Assembly: GCA_015059065.1 (NCBI GenBank)
Contig: SVBE01000007.1
Coordinates: forward strand, 759-64,758
Origin: Erysipelotrichaceae bacterium
Lineage (GTDB): Bacteria > Bacillota_I > Bacilli_A > RFN20 > CAG-826
Reading direction: 5' to 3'
DNA: 64,000 nt
Of this stretch, positions 55,155 through 64,000 are shown piece after piece. Position 1 is the first letter of the stretch. Each line of letters begins with the position of its first letter. The notes below the pieces were generated by a model that worked only from the letters and a program-made list of their open reading frames with translations, was not told the DNA's origin and searched no databases. The position numbers and the translations under genes are program-made.

Positions 55155-56918
55155 ATGAAGAAGAATGTATGTATCATATTAATGACAATTGGAGCCTTAT
55201 TACTAACTGGTTGTGATTCCACCCCAAGAAGAGATACGGATAGACTGATCAACATGAGTGTCATCAGTCCAACTCCAGACTATAAAGGAATTGTCTCAGA
55301 AGGTAGCTTCAATATCTTCTTTAAAGCCAACAGTGATATCCCTTATTTCTCCATCAAAGATGGAAAAGATCTTTTAGAATCATACCGAAAAGTCAGAATA
55401 TCAGAAAAGTCATATATCAATTACACAGTCGATAATAACAAAGTTATCTTAAAAGATGATTTTGACTCATCAGTCACATTTGATATGGCCACTCAAAAGA
55501 TTACCTTCAGTGACTTTGATGCCTTTAATAACTACTCCTATCAATATAACGGCACTCTCGCATTATTCGCTAATAGCAACAAGGATTATATCTCCGCAGA
55601 AGATATCACTTATACAAAAGGAGAGGAGTACGTCATCGATTTATCACTATACGACAAGGTCGATATCTGTAAATATGGGGATAACTTCTATATCCCTTTA
55701 ACGACATTTAACGACTTATTTTTAAGCGTTTATACATTCTCTAATCTCGTCTATTCTCCTAACGGATTATTCCATCTCCACGATGGAGTTAAATTCTATA
55801 CTGAAACTCCGTTTGGTATAGAGTATACCCCAATTGGAAGAGCGTATTATCGTAGCAAAGAAAATAACCCAACTGTCAGTCAAGAATACGCTGCATTTAA
55901 CTATCAAAGCATCTGCTTAAATTTTGATTATACCTATGGGGTGAAAGGTCTTAAAGGTCGTGACTATGAAACATTTGACGACTATTTAAGTCAACGTGGA
56001 TATAAAGAAGATATGTTAAGCGGCGATGTCCATAAAATGGATAACGCATTCGCTTATGCTTTATCATATCTAAATGATTTCCACACTAGCTATAACACCT
56101 TGTCACCTTTATACCCTGCTGGGGAGGGCACATTAGATAGAAGCGAATTTAATCCTGCAAAAATTCTAAATGAAGAAGGAGAAGAACTCCTTAAAAAACT
56201 AAGAATGATGTCACAAGCAAACTTAGGCTTAACCATTGATACGAATAGCAGAACGGCTTTTATCGCTTTTGATTCCTTCGATAGCATCGATGCTGAACTA
56301 TTAGGAAAGCACGAATTCACTAGAGATGAAATATTATCCAATAGCCCAGCCTTATTTGCCTGTGCATACGACATAATCACCACTCAATATAATGACAAAA
56401 TCGACTATATCATCGTTGATATGGCCACGAATGATGGAGGATCATCTGACGCGCTTATCTATATCTTATCCACATTAGTGGGAGCCTTTACTTTAGAAAC
56501 TCAAAACCCATACACTGATGGTCATTCAATCGCTCACTACCTCGCTGACATCAATAGAGACGGCAAATATGATGAAAACGATAAATCGTTTAGAGAACTT
56601 GGCAAAAAGATCGTCTTTGTAAATACCTCCTATGCCTTTAGCTGTGGTAATGCCTTACCCGTATTAGCGAAAAATAATTATCCAGATGATGTCATCACTA
56701 TGGGTGAGACTACAGGTGGAGGCGCTTGTGTACTTAGAACAGCCTATAACGCGATCGGCGCGAGCTATTTTATGTCCGGAACGATGATGCTCTCTGAACG
56801 CGATGAAGAAGGCAATCTAGTCGGTATTGAATATGGAGTGGATCCAGATATCCCTCTTAAAAAAGAAGAAACAATTAATAGAAAATTAGTCCTTCTAGAA
56901 CTATTCAACAATTATTAA
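55155..56918 (+). CDS. S41 (tail-specific/C-terminal-processing peptidase-like) family lipoprotein
   Basis: The signal and lipobox are MKKNVCIILMTIGALLLTGC-DS. The track's GTG at 55140 is an alternative start. IIVDMATNDGGSSDAL fits the DxRxNxGG-like block. IVFVNTSYAFSCGNALP and MGETTGGG fit the S41 catalytic-domain pattern. Confidence 0.6.
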   Translation: MKKNVCIILMTIGALLLTGCDSTPRRDTDRLINMSVISPTPDYKGIVSEGSFNIFFKANSDIPYFSIKDGKDLLESYRKVRISEKSYINYTVDNNKVILKDDFDSSVTFDMATQKITFSDFDAFNNYSYQYNGTLALFANSNKDYISAEDITYTKGEEYVIDLSLYDKVDICKYGDNFYIPLTTFNDLFLSVYTFSNLVYSPNGLFHLHDGVKFYTETPFGIEYTPIGRAYYRSKENNPTVSQEYAAFNYQSICLNFDYTYGVKGLKGRDYETFDDYLSQRGYKEDMLSGDVHKMDNAFAYALSYLNDFHTSYNTLSPLYPAGEGTLDRSEFNPAKILNEEGEELLKKLRMMSQANLGLTIDTNSRTAFIAFDSFDSIDAELLGKHEFTRDEILSNSPALFACAYDIITTQYNDKIDYIIVDMATNDGGSSDALIYILSTLVGAFTLETQNPYTDGHSIAHYLADINRDGKYDENDKSFRELGKKIVFVNTSYAFSCGNALPVLAKNNYPDDVITMGETTGGGACVLRTAYNAIGASYFMSGTMMLSERDEEGNLVGIEYGVDPDIPLKKEETINRKLVLLELFNNY

Positions 56919-56938
56919 TCCCCCAAAAAGGTAGATAT

Positions 56939-57040
56939 ATGTCTATAGCGGATACCACTGATACATTATTTAGAAAAGCTGATAAAGCTTTATGTCGCGT
57001 TAAAAAACAGGGACGTGACGACGTCTCTGTTGCTGAATAA
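56939..57040 (+). pseudogene. Remnant of the last ~33 codons of a GGDEF (diguanylate cyclase) gene
   Basis: The 102-nt frame reads MSIADTTDTLFRKADKALCRVKKQGRDDVSVAE*. This matches the C-terminal s-I-G-i-A...l..AD.ALY.AK..GR(N/D).v consensus of GGDEF domains. No upstream GGDEF sequence is present. Confidence 0.5.
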
Positions 57041-57550
57041 TTATAAGACTTCAATATTATCTTCTTTATATTTATCTTTTACCCTGCTCTTATCATCTTT
57101 ACTAGGATAGCCAATATAAATTGCAGAGAACGGGGATAGACCAACTGATAGGCCCAATGCTTTCTTAATGTTCTTAATCCTCTGTTTAGACGGATAAATC
57201 GCGCACCACACTGCGCCAAGACCAAGAGCATGCGCTGCTAATAAGATATTTTCTGTTGCCGCGGATAAATCGCAGTATGCAAGATCGTGATTAAGAGGAA
57301 CAGTCGCTAAATCCCTCACACAAGGGATAATAATGATTGGAGAATTATATTTACCAAACGGCATCTCCTTAATCACTTTTTCTTTATTTTCTTTTGATTT
57401 CACAACGATGAATTTCCACGGTTGTTTATTTACTCCACTAGGCGCGGCCATCGCAGCCTTTAAAAGAATATCAATCTTTTCTTCTTCTATTTCTTGATCA
57501 GCGAATTGACGAACAGACTTTCTCGTTAAAATGTTCTCTAAAGCATCCAT
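57041..57550 (-). CDS. Nitroreductase family protein
   Basis: 169 aa. ILTRKSVRQF...APSGVNKQPWKFIVV is typical of the NfnB/nitroreductase fold. Confidence 0.8.
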   Translation of the reverse strand: MDALENILTRKSVRQFADQEIEEEKIDILLKAAMAAPSGVNKQPWKFIVVKSKENKEKVIKEMPFGKYNSPIIIIPCVRDLATVPLNHDLAYCDLSAATENILLAAHALGLGAVWCAIYPSKQRIKNIKKALGLSVGLSPFSAIYIGYPSKDDKSRVKDKYKEDNIEVL

Positions 57551-57579
57551 AATAATTCTCCAACTTTATTTAAAAAACC

Positions 57580-58011
57580 TTATTTCTGCGCGAATTTCTT
57601 TGCAAATTCCTTAGATTTTGGTTTTCTGTTAGCAATATTTAACATGTGCGCGTAGAAATATTCATCTTCCACTTCTATCCCTTTGTTTTTAAGGATCTTC
57701 TTTAAACTTCTCACTGTTCTTCTAGACCAATTTGAGGTTGTAAACAATACCACTTTCTTCACTAAATTAGGGTCAAGTTCATTCGCATAAGTTCTTAGTT
57801 TTTCATCCATCACATTCGCATAAGGCGCGCCCCCTAAAAAGAGAACATCTACAGCCTTATCAAGCTTTGGTTCATCAACGATGGATATCGCTTGGATACC
57901 AAGCTCTTCTCCCATCGCTTCGGCAATGTCTTTCGTGTGTCCTAATTTTGAATAATATCTAATTGCTATTTCTATATCTATCGCCTTAGCCACATTGTAA
58001 CAAAAAGGCAT
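57580..58011 (-). CDS. Flavodoxin-like domain protein
   Basis: 143 aa. IAIRYYSKLGHTKDIAEAM (the FMN phosphate-loop position) and VLFLGGAPY...VVLFTTS give a flavodoxin-like alternation. The N-terminus is atypical. Confidence 0.5.
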   Translation of the reverse strand: MPFCYNVAKAIDIEIAIRYYSKLGHTKDIAEAMGEELGIQAISIVDEPKLDKAVDVLFLGGAPYANVMDEKLRTYANELDPNLVKKVVLFTTSNWSRRTVRSLKKILKNKGIEVEDEYFYAHMLNIANRKPKSKEFAKKFAQK

Positions 58012-58054
58012 ACCAGCATTAACTGATATGCACTTATTTATTTATATAGATATA

Positions 58055-59086
58055 TTAAGCAACGGTCTTGTTCTTGCCGCTTCTTTTACCAGAATACATC
58101 TTCTCATCAGCAAGGTCGACCCATTTCTGAAGGTCTTTCCCACCGATATATTCCATCATACCAATCGTGATGGTGAGATTAATGTTCATATCTTCAAAGA
58201 TGAACTGTTCTTTCTCCACCGTTTTTCTAAACGTATCTAATCTTTCAAATGGGGTGTTGAGTTTATTGTCTTCAAGAACGACGACAAATTCTTCTCCGCC
58301 ATAACGACAGATGAAACAGTCCTCTAATGTCTCTTTAGTGATCTCTGCAATTCTCTTTAAGACATAGTCACCAGCAACGTGGCCATATGTATCGTTGATC
58401 TTTTTAAAGTCATCAATGTCAAACAAGGCGAGAACTTTCTTAGACTTATCAGCTTCTTGTTCGAAATAATCATATAAACCATATCTATTCGCGATCTGTG
58501 TTAATTCATCAGTTCTTGATTCCTTTAATATCTTCTTTTCAAGAGACATCGCATATTTAATGAAGATAGCGAGGAAGAATGTGATAAGCGCGAAGACAAT
58601 CACCGCGTGAATAGTAAACAAAGTCATTTCTAGCCATTTATCAATAGTATAGAAAGGCGCGTTAAATTCACTGACAAAGAACAAAGTGAGGTATATCACT
58701 AATGAGAGGGCAACCCAAATATATGAGTTTTTGATATTCTTTTTGTTGGAGAAATATGTCGTAAAGAAAGAGACGACACAGAATGCGATTAAGAAGAAAT
58801 GGAACCCTGTTGAAAAGCCAATCATCAAAGATGAAAAGATGATGAAGGCGAAGAATTCATTCCCACAGCATAAAGCGTAAATATAGTATTTCTTATATTT
58901 GATGAGCAAAAAGAATAATAGATAGATACCGACGATAGCCGCGGTCACATAGACCATGACATAAAGTTTAGCGATCAAGAACAAAGTTAAGTAGAAAAGA
59001 TGCAAAATCAAATAGCCGATATTTGCGGCGTAGCAGGTTTTATCAATCGTCCTATAGCGACGGGCTTTTTCGTTAGTTACTGGCAT
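58055..59086 (-). CDS. Membrane-anchored GGDEF diguanylate cyclase
   Basis: The start is set at the ATG at 59086 (MPVTNEK...) because GAGGAGG lies 7 nt upstream. It overlaps the end of the upstream HD-GYP gene by 14 nt. The protein has ~6 TM helices, then DELTQIANR...DIDDFKKINDTYGH.AGD...RYGGEEF. Confidence 0.85.
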   Translation of the reverse strand: MPVTNEKARRYRTIDKTCYAANIGYLILHLFYLTLFLIAKLYVMVYVTAAIVGIYLLFFLLIKYKKYYIYALCCGNEFFAFIIFSSLMIGFSTGFHFFLIAFCVVSFFTTYFSNKKNIKNSYIWVALSLVIYLTLFFVSEFNAPFYTIDKWLEMTLFTIHAVIVFALITFFLAIFIKYAMSLEKKILKESRTDELTQIANRYGLYDYFEQEADKSKKVLALFDIDDFKKINDTYGHVAGDYVLKRIAEITKETLEDCFICRYGGEEFVVVLEDNKLNTPFERLDTFRKTVEKEQFIFEDMNINLTITIGMMEYIGGKDLQKWVDLADEKMYSGKRSGKNKTVA

Positions 59087-62000
59087 GGTTATCCTCCTCG
59101 TTATCTTTCTCACTGATGCGGTGAGTCTTACCGTCTTCACCTAAATATGTGCTTTCTACGGTATATGGTTTTAATTTTCCTGTTTCAATCATATTGACTA
59201 CGACTTTCGCGATCTCTGGATCAAACTGTGTTCCCGAACAACGCTTGAATTCGCTGACAATTGTTTCAAGGGAGAAGGATTCTTTATAAACTCTCTTAGA
59301 AGCCATCGCATCAAAGCAGTCCGCGCAGCAGATGATACGGGCGACAAATGGGATGTCTTCACCTTTTAATCCTTCTGGGTAACCAGTACCATCATATTTT
59401 TCGTGATGATATTTAGCGCCTTCCACGATATGTGGAATAGTTGAGATGCCTTTTAAGATCTTTGCCCCTCTCACCGTATGGCTCTTCATCACCGCGAATT
59501 CTTCATCTGTTAATCGACCTGGTTTATTTAAAATCTTATCTGGGATAGCAATCTTACCAATATCGTGTAATAAAGCGATGTAATAGATGTTATCGACATC
59601 ATCTTGACTCATTCCTAAATTCTCCGCGATGAGCTTAGAATAATAACCAACACGCGTGGAGTGACCATTCGTATATTCATCCTTCGCATCGATAGTCCTC
59701 GCGATAGCTTGAATGGATTCAAGGGTGATGTTTTTATATTCGAGTTGCTTTCTTAAGGCTTTTCTTGTTTTGAAGTTTGTATATAAGAAGGCTAAACCCA
59801 CGACGACACCTAAGGCCAAGGCTCCAACGATAACCCAGAACCAAACCTCTTCATAGATGTGTTTTTGTTTATTTAATTGGATGTTGATCTCATTAGATTT
59901 CTGTCCAAATTCATCGACAGCATAGGCGCGGAAAGTATATTCCCCACCTGGGAGATTAGTGTAGTTGATACTTCGATCATTGTCGGATATTGAATGATAA
60001 TAACCATCGACTCCATCCATTTTATAATAAACGGTATAACCCTTATGTGGTTTGAAGCCAAAGATTGCTAAATTGATGGTGACACGGTATGTGTTTTTAT
60101 CGATATTGATCAAATTACCATAATTATCAACTCCGTCTAAACCGATGGAAGCAAGACTGATTTTCACGGGCGTAGTCGTGCTTTTTGTTTCGTTGAAATC
60201 ATAAGCAAAAATACCGTTAGTGGTTTGGAAATAATATTTCTGTTCATCGCTGTCATAGAATCCGGATGTATTTGCAGCGATTGGTTTTAAACCATTCGTG
60301 CCGTCATAGAATTCATAATTCTCTAATTGAGCAACATCTAAAGTATCCGCGATATAAATCTGCGTTTGAGAGGCGATGACATATTTACGGGTAAGGACGC
60401 TATTTTTATTTTTATATTCAATCTTAGAGAGTTCCACTAATGAGCCTTTAACATATGGGATGATGATTTCTGTAGAAACGTATTTACCGTCCACTTCTTC
60501 TAATTTGAATAATCTACTATTAAGGGTGTAATAAATATAATCACCATCGACTAAGAATTTAAGTCTATTGCCTGTCGCAGTTTTAATCGTTTCAATTTCT
60601 TTGATGGTGGAGAAATCATCGTCAACTTCAAAGATACCTTGGGTTCTGACGAATAATAATTTTCCTTCTTTAGATTTTTGGAAATATAGGACGTTATTAG
60701 GAGAAGCAATCGCTGAGAAATTAGTTCCATCAAATTTTAATAAACCACGGCCGTATCCAATCGCAAGATAGGAGCCAAAGCTTCTAAGCGATCTCACTGT
60801 ACTAGTGAGAGCTAAATCGACAGAGCCAACAGTCTTAATGATGTGGTTAGAGATATAATCAACATCATAGATCTTCACGTTTTCATTTGAGGGGTCGTAT
60901 TCCACAAGACCGATGCCGTTAACCGCGAAATATAATTTGTTATTATGAGCTTCAACATCACGAGGAGAATAAGAGATGGTCTTACCTTCTACATATTCTT
61001 CAATCGCTTTCATAATCGCATTATCAGGAAGAATCTTATTTGTCTTTAAATCGAACAAGTAGATGCGCTTAACAGACATGATATATAAAACATCACCATA
61101 TCTCTCAATCGCATAGATGCCGCGGTCATCACTGATAACTTCTTTCCAAGTTGGATCATCATATAGCAGCTCAGTTAAAGCGTTCTTTGTGATGATGGAA
61201 ACACCAGAAGAACCGACGAAATGAGAAGCAATCCATAAATTGCCTTCATAGTCGATCATGAGGTCAACTAATTGGTTTTTATTTTGTAAATCACCTGCTA
61301 AAGAAATAACTGGGGATTCACCTGCTAAATTGACGCAGTATAAGCCGTTTTTCTCACAAGCCACAAATAAAGTCTTATCCATTTCTGAATAAAGCATCTT
61401 ATTGACTTGGTCAGGAATGATGACATCACTTAAGAATGATTCAGTAGCCATGTTATAACGATGAATCTTTCCGTTATCTTCACCAATATATAAGAGGTCT
61501 CCAAAACTATAAATTTCATAAATCTTTGGATATAAATAAATTTCTTTACCGTTTTTGTCATAGACACCAGAATCGAGTTGATAATAGTAATTGTTTCTTT
61601 TGGTATCTAAAGCGATATCGTTAATCGTCACATCGCCGACATTAGGTAATCTAGATGAGGTGTTGTTTTTAAGATCATAGATAGTCGCACCTTTATCGTA
61701 AGAGGAGATGTAGAGCAAGTCATTAACTTCATCTAAAGCGATATCTCTAATCGTCCCTGCATTAACATCTAAATGGGAGAAGCTATTATCCTGATGGACG
61801 AAAACATTCTCACTAGTTGCCACATATAATGTGTCGCCCTTAGACGCTAACGCGCGTACGTTAAGGACTGAATATTCGTTATTACCTTCAACAAAGCTTT
61901 TATATGTAACGAAATCATTGGAATCGTATCTTGTTAAACCAGAATATTGGGCAATCCAAACATAGCCATCATCAGTCTGGCATAACGCTTCCGCGCCGGA

Positions 62001-62132
62001 AACCTCAAGGTCAACCGCCACTTCAGTCTTATCACTCATATAAGACTTCGAAGTCGAAGATGTGTCCGGTTCCCCAAGAGAGAGGCCAAGAGCCGATGGA
62101 ATTAAAGCAAGTAAGAGCAATAAACTGTTCAT
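59073..62132 (-). CDS. Sensor HD-GYP phosphodiesterase with an extracytoplasmic beta-propeller + Y_Y_Y domain
   Basis: 1,019 aa. The layout is: signal peptide; ~700 aa of propeller-like repeats; a Y_Y_Y-type segment (YTVYYKMDGVDGYYHSISDNDRSINYTNLPGGEYTFRAYAVDEFG); one TM; then HDIGK...HHEKYDGTGYP. Confidence 0.85.
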   Translation of the reverse strand: MNSLLLLLALIPSALGLSLGEPDTSSTSKSYMSDKTEVAVDLEVSGAEALCQTDDGYVWIAQYSGLTRYDSNDFVTYKSFVEGNNEYSVLNVRALASKGDTLYVATSENVFVHQDNSFSHLDVNAGTIRDIALDEVNDLLYISSYDKGATIYDLKNNTSSRLPNVGDVTINDIALDTKRNNYYYQLDSGVYDKNGKEIYLYPKIYEIYSFGDLLYIGEDNGKIHRYNMATESFLSDVIIPDQVNKMLYSEMDKTLFVACEKNGLYCVNLAGESPVISLAGDLQNKNQLVDLMIDYEGNLWIASHFVGSSGVSIITKNALTELLYDDPTWKEVISDDRGIYAIERYGDVLYIMSVKRIYLFDLKTNKILPDNAIMKAIEEYVEGKTISYSPRDVEAHNNKLYFAVNGIGLVEYDPSNENVKIYDVDYISNHIIKTVGSVDLALTSTVRSLRSFGSYLAIGYGRGLLKFDGTNFSAIASPNNVLYFQKSKEGKLLFVRTQGIFEVDDDFSTIKEIETIKTATGNRLKFLVDGDYIYYTLNSRLFKLEEVDGKYVSTEIIIPYVKGSLVELSKIEYKNKNSVLTRKYVIASQTQIYIADTLDVAQLENYEFYDGTNGLKPIAANTSGFYDSDEQKYYFQTTNGIFAYDFNETKSTTTPVKISLASIGLDGVDNYGNLINIDKNTYRVTINLAIFGFKPHKGYTVYYKMDGVDGYYHSISDNDRSINYTNLPGGEYTFRAYAVDEFGQKSNEINIQLNKQKHIYEEVWFWVIVGALALGVVVGLAFLYTNFKTRKALRKQLEYKNITLESIQAIARTIDAKDEYTNGHSTRVGYYSKLIAENLGMSQDDVDNIYYIALLHDIGKIAIPDKILNKPGRLTDEEFAVMKSHTVRGAKILKGISTIPHIVEGAKYHHEKYDGTGYPEGLKGEDIPFVARIICCADCFDAMASKRVYKESFSLETIVSEFKRCSGTQFDPEIAKVVVNMIETGKLKPYTVESTYLGEDGKTHRISEKDNEEDNHASN

Positions 62133-62257
62133 ATCAATGAGTGTCTATATTTTATAATAATTATTTATTTTTGATTATAAACAAAAAAATAAATATCTGA
62201 CCTAAATAGGTAAGCGGAAGTTACGTCGTAAAATATGTTTTTATATATACGTCTAGA

Positions 62258-63814
62258 TTATTTTTCTTTTACTTTGTTTCTAGAATTGATTTCATCAACA
62301 ATCTCTTGATATTTCTTTTCATCAATCTTGAAGACGAATATTGAAAGAATCAAACTGACAACAAGCAAGAGCAAGGGAACCCAAAGCATACCGATAGAGA
62401 ATACAAACCATTGACCATTACTGATACCATCTCTTGCCTGATTGATTTCTTCTATTAATTGTTCAGTTGTAGTGCTGCCACTCGCGAGTTCCGCTTCTGC
62501 ATTTGAGATAACTTGTGATATCGCATATAAGCCAGAAATTAACAATGTTAAGAATATCAATAGTCTTTGAATCGCGGACGCAAATTTCGCGGATAAGGCA
62601 CGCATAGAGGAGACGAGAGCTTCTTTTCTTTCTCCGTATTTATATTCGTTATATTCAATCGTGGACTGCATCTGCATAATGATCGCCACAGAGAATAAAC
62701 CTTGCCCAAAGAACATCACTACTCCCGCGCCATATAATAGCCAAATAGTCCAACTAGATGGGTCAGCAATAATGTTATTACCAAACACTGGGAAACCGAC
62801 AAAGAATAAGGTGAGATAGCCAATTAAAATAGTGATAAAAGATATCATCAATATCTGCTTTCGCTTTAATCCTTTGGATAAGAATGGATAAAGGACCTGC
62901 GCTAATAAAGTGCCAATTGCATACATCACGGTAAAGAGGAATTGGATAGAACCACCAGCTTCTGAACCATATCCAAAACGGAGATAGAAATAATACATGC
63001 CAAAGCCTACAACTGTCCCACTACCGAGATAGTTGAGAAGAAGGGCGATGATGTTAACTCTAAATTGATCATTCTTTTTAAACAGAAGAAGCATGTCTTT
63101 AAATTTGACTTCTTCTGGCTTATCTTCGTTTTCATCCCTTTTATGTTCTTTGCAGAATAAGACGAGAACAATTTGAGAAATGAGATATAAACTGACCACC
63201 ACTACAGCAATTAAACCATATGTTGTCTGCGCGGACACTCCAGGGAAAGCACCAACAAGCATTGGGACTGCCCCGTAGACACCAAAGACACCGACAGAGA
63301 TGCAAATCTGCATAATCGCCGTAATCTTGTTACGACGCTTTTCGTCTTTGGTTAATGATGGAAGCATGCTCCAATAAGCGATATCATTAATCGTCCAAGC
63401 GATATCCCACAAGAAATAGAAAACAGCGAATAACGCCACAAAGCCCCAACCACGTGGATGGGCTAAGAATAAGACGAGAACCACAACCGTGTTAAGAAGT
63501 CCGCCAATTAATATCCAGGGTTTATATTTACCCCATTTGAGATGAACCTTTTCAATTATCCACCCCATGATTGGATCGTTAATCCCATCCCAGATTAAAC
63601 AGATAATCGTGATGACGCTGATCGTCGCAATCTGAGCCATGAAGGAGGTTGGATCAGAATCGAGAACGCCTGATAATGTGATATAGGTGACTAAGAATGC
63701 GGATACGAGCTGATAACACGCATCACGAAAAACAGAGACCCCACAGTATATCCCACTCGTACTTCTAGGAGGGATATCACCTTCGTAAGTCTTGTTGATG
63801 TTGAATAATCCCAT
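62258..63814 (-). CDS. GPH-family (MelB-like) glycoside-pentoside-hexuronide:cation symporter
   Basis: 518 aa with 12 TM helices. GINDPIMGWIIEKVHLKWGKYKPWILIGG matches the GPH signature (D-P-x-x-G-x-h-x-D-x-T...G-K-x-x-P-W). Confidence 0.85.
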   Translation of the reverse strand: MGLFNINKTYEGDIPPRSTSGIYCGVSVFRDACYQLVSAFLVTYITLSGVLDSDPTSFMAQIATISVITIICLIWDGINDPIMGWIIEKVHLKWGKYKPWILIGGLLNTVVVLVLFLAHPRGWGFVALFAVFYFLWDIAWTINDIAYWSMLPSLTKDEKRRNKITAIMQICISVGVFGVYGAVPMLVGAFPGVSAQTTYGLIAVVVVSLYLISQIVLVLFCKEHKRDENEDKPEEVKFKDMLLLFKKNDQFRVNIIALLLNYLGSGTVVGFGMYYFYLRFGYGSEAGGSIQFLFTVMYAIGTLLAQVLYPFLSKGLKRKQILMISFITILIGYLTLFFVGFPVFGNNIIADPSSWTIWLLYGAGVVMFFGQGLFSVAIIMQMQSTIEYNEYKYGERKEALVSSMRALSAKFASAIQRLLIFLTLLISGLYAISQVISNAEAELASGSTTTEQLIEEINQARDGISNGQWFVFSIGMLWVPLLLLVVSLILSIFVFKIDEKKYQEIVDEINSRNKVKEK

Positions 63815-64000
63815 ACATTATTCTCCTTTGATATATATTCGACATTCGAATGGTTGGAATATATCTTGATGAGTTTTGTAATTGGATAAAAGAAGTTTAT
63901 ATTCACCCAAATTATTAAGTGGGCACTTCACTTCTTTTTTCGAGAAGGAACAGATTACTAATAACTGCTGTTTATCCAAAGTTCTGGTATAGATGAATAA

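Noticed and set aside
63691-63906. A 71-aa minus-strand ORF overlapping the 5' end of the GPH symporter gene and the upstream spacer.
   Set aside because: It is out of frame with the symporter gene and overlaps it. It has no SD or motif. The upstream spacer (63815-64000) showed no convincing riboswitch, cre site or terminator.
1-64000. A search by eye for tRNA/rRNA genes, CRISPR arrays, IS elements/transposases, integrases and prophage genes.
   Set aside because: None was found. Intergenic regions longer than 100 bp (5066-5425, 10187-10315, 11735-11847, 21302-21450, 38027-38268, 52564-52707, 54082-54187, 62133-62257, 63815-64000) are AT-rich. They lack cloverleaf-type GC stems, regularly spaced repeats beyond the two 28-mers, and terminal inverted repeats. 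A tRNAscan/Infernal run would be needed to be certain.

Overview
This is a 64-kb chromosomal window from a low-GC, lipoprotein-rich Firmicutes/Mollicutes-like bacterium that uses the standard genetic code (TGA is a stop). The lineage cannot be fixed from this window. About 50 protein genes are present, mostly on the minus strand. I saw no rRNA, tRNA, CRISPR array, IS element or prophage. All family calls come from reading motifs in the translations; no searches were run.

Housekeeping blocks:
- An rnfC-D-G-E-A operon with an unusually short rnfB, followed by apbE, a NusG-domain-II gene and a Gx-transporter gene (11.8-18.5 kb).
- cysK.
- An Fe/B12-type ABC importer with an embedded SAM methyltransferase.
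- A TetR regulator, a MATE exporter, a P-type ATPase, a GPH symporter, and M42 and S41 peptidases.
- c-di-GMP genes: two HD-GYP proteins, one GGDEF protein and one GGDEF remnant.

Accessory and unusual content:
1. A tightly packed five-gene cassette (920-5065). It encodes an HprK-like P-loop protein, a PqqD-like protein, an S24-type peptidase, an ABC exporter and a PF14907-like nucleotidyltransferase. This is the accessory gene set of Firmicute lasso-peptide clusters, but there is no cyclase and no B2 protease.
2. Directly beside the cassette, a mirrored duplicated module (5099-10186). Each copy runs: Ser/Glu-rich repeat lipoprotein, then an unannotated 45-48-aa peptide, then a large paralogous lipoprotein. 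The two peptides share a strongly conserved lasso-leader-like N-terminus and have divergent acidic C-termini.
3. A toxin-antitoxin/abortive-infection islet (18566-21301) holding a short HipA-like kinase with an RHH-type partner, plus AbiEi/AbiEii.
4. A 14.2-kb gene for a 4,744-aa surface protein with both an N-terminal lipobox and a C-terminal 3-TM anchor plus cytoplasmic tail.
5. Two orphan AAA ATPases (DUF4143-type and DUF234-type), each with structured repeats upstream.
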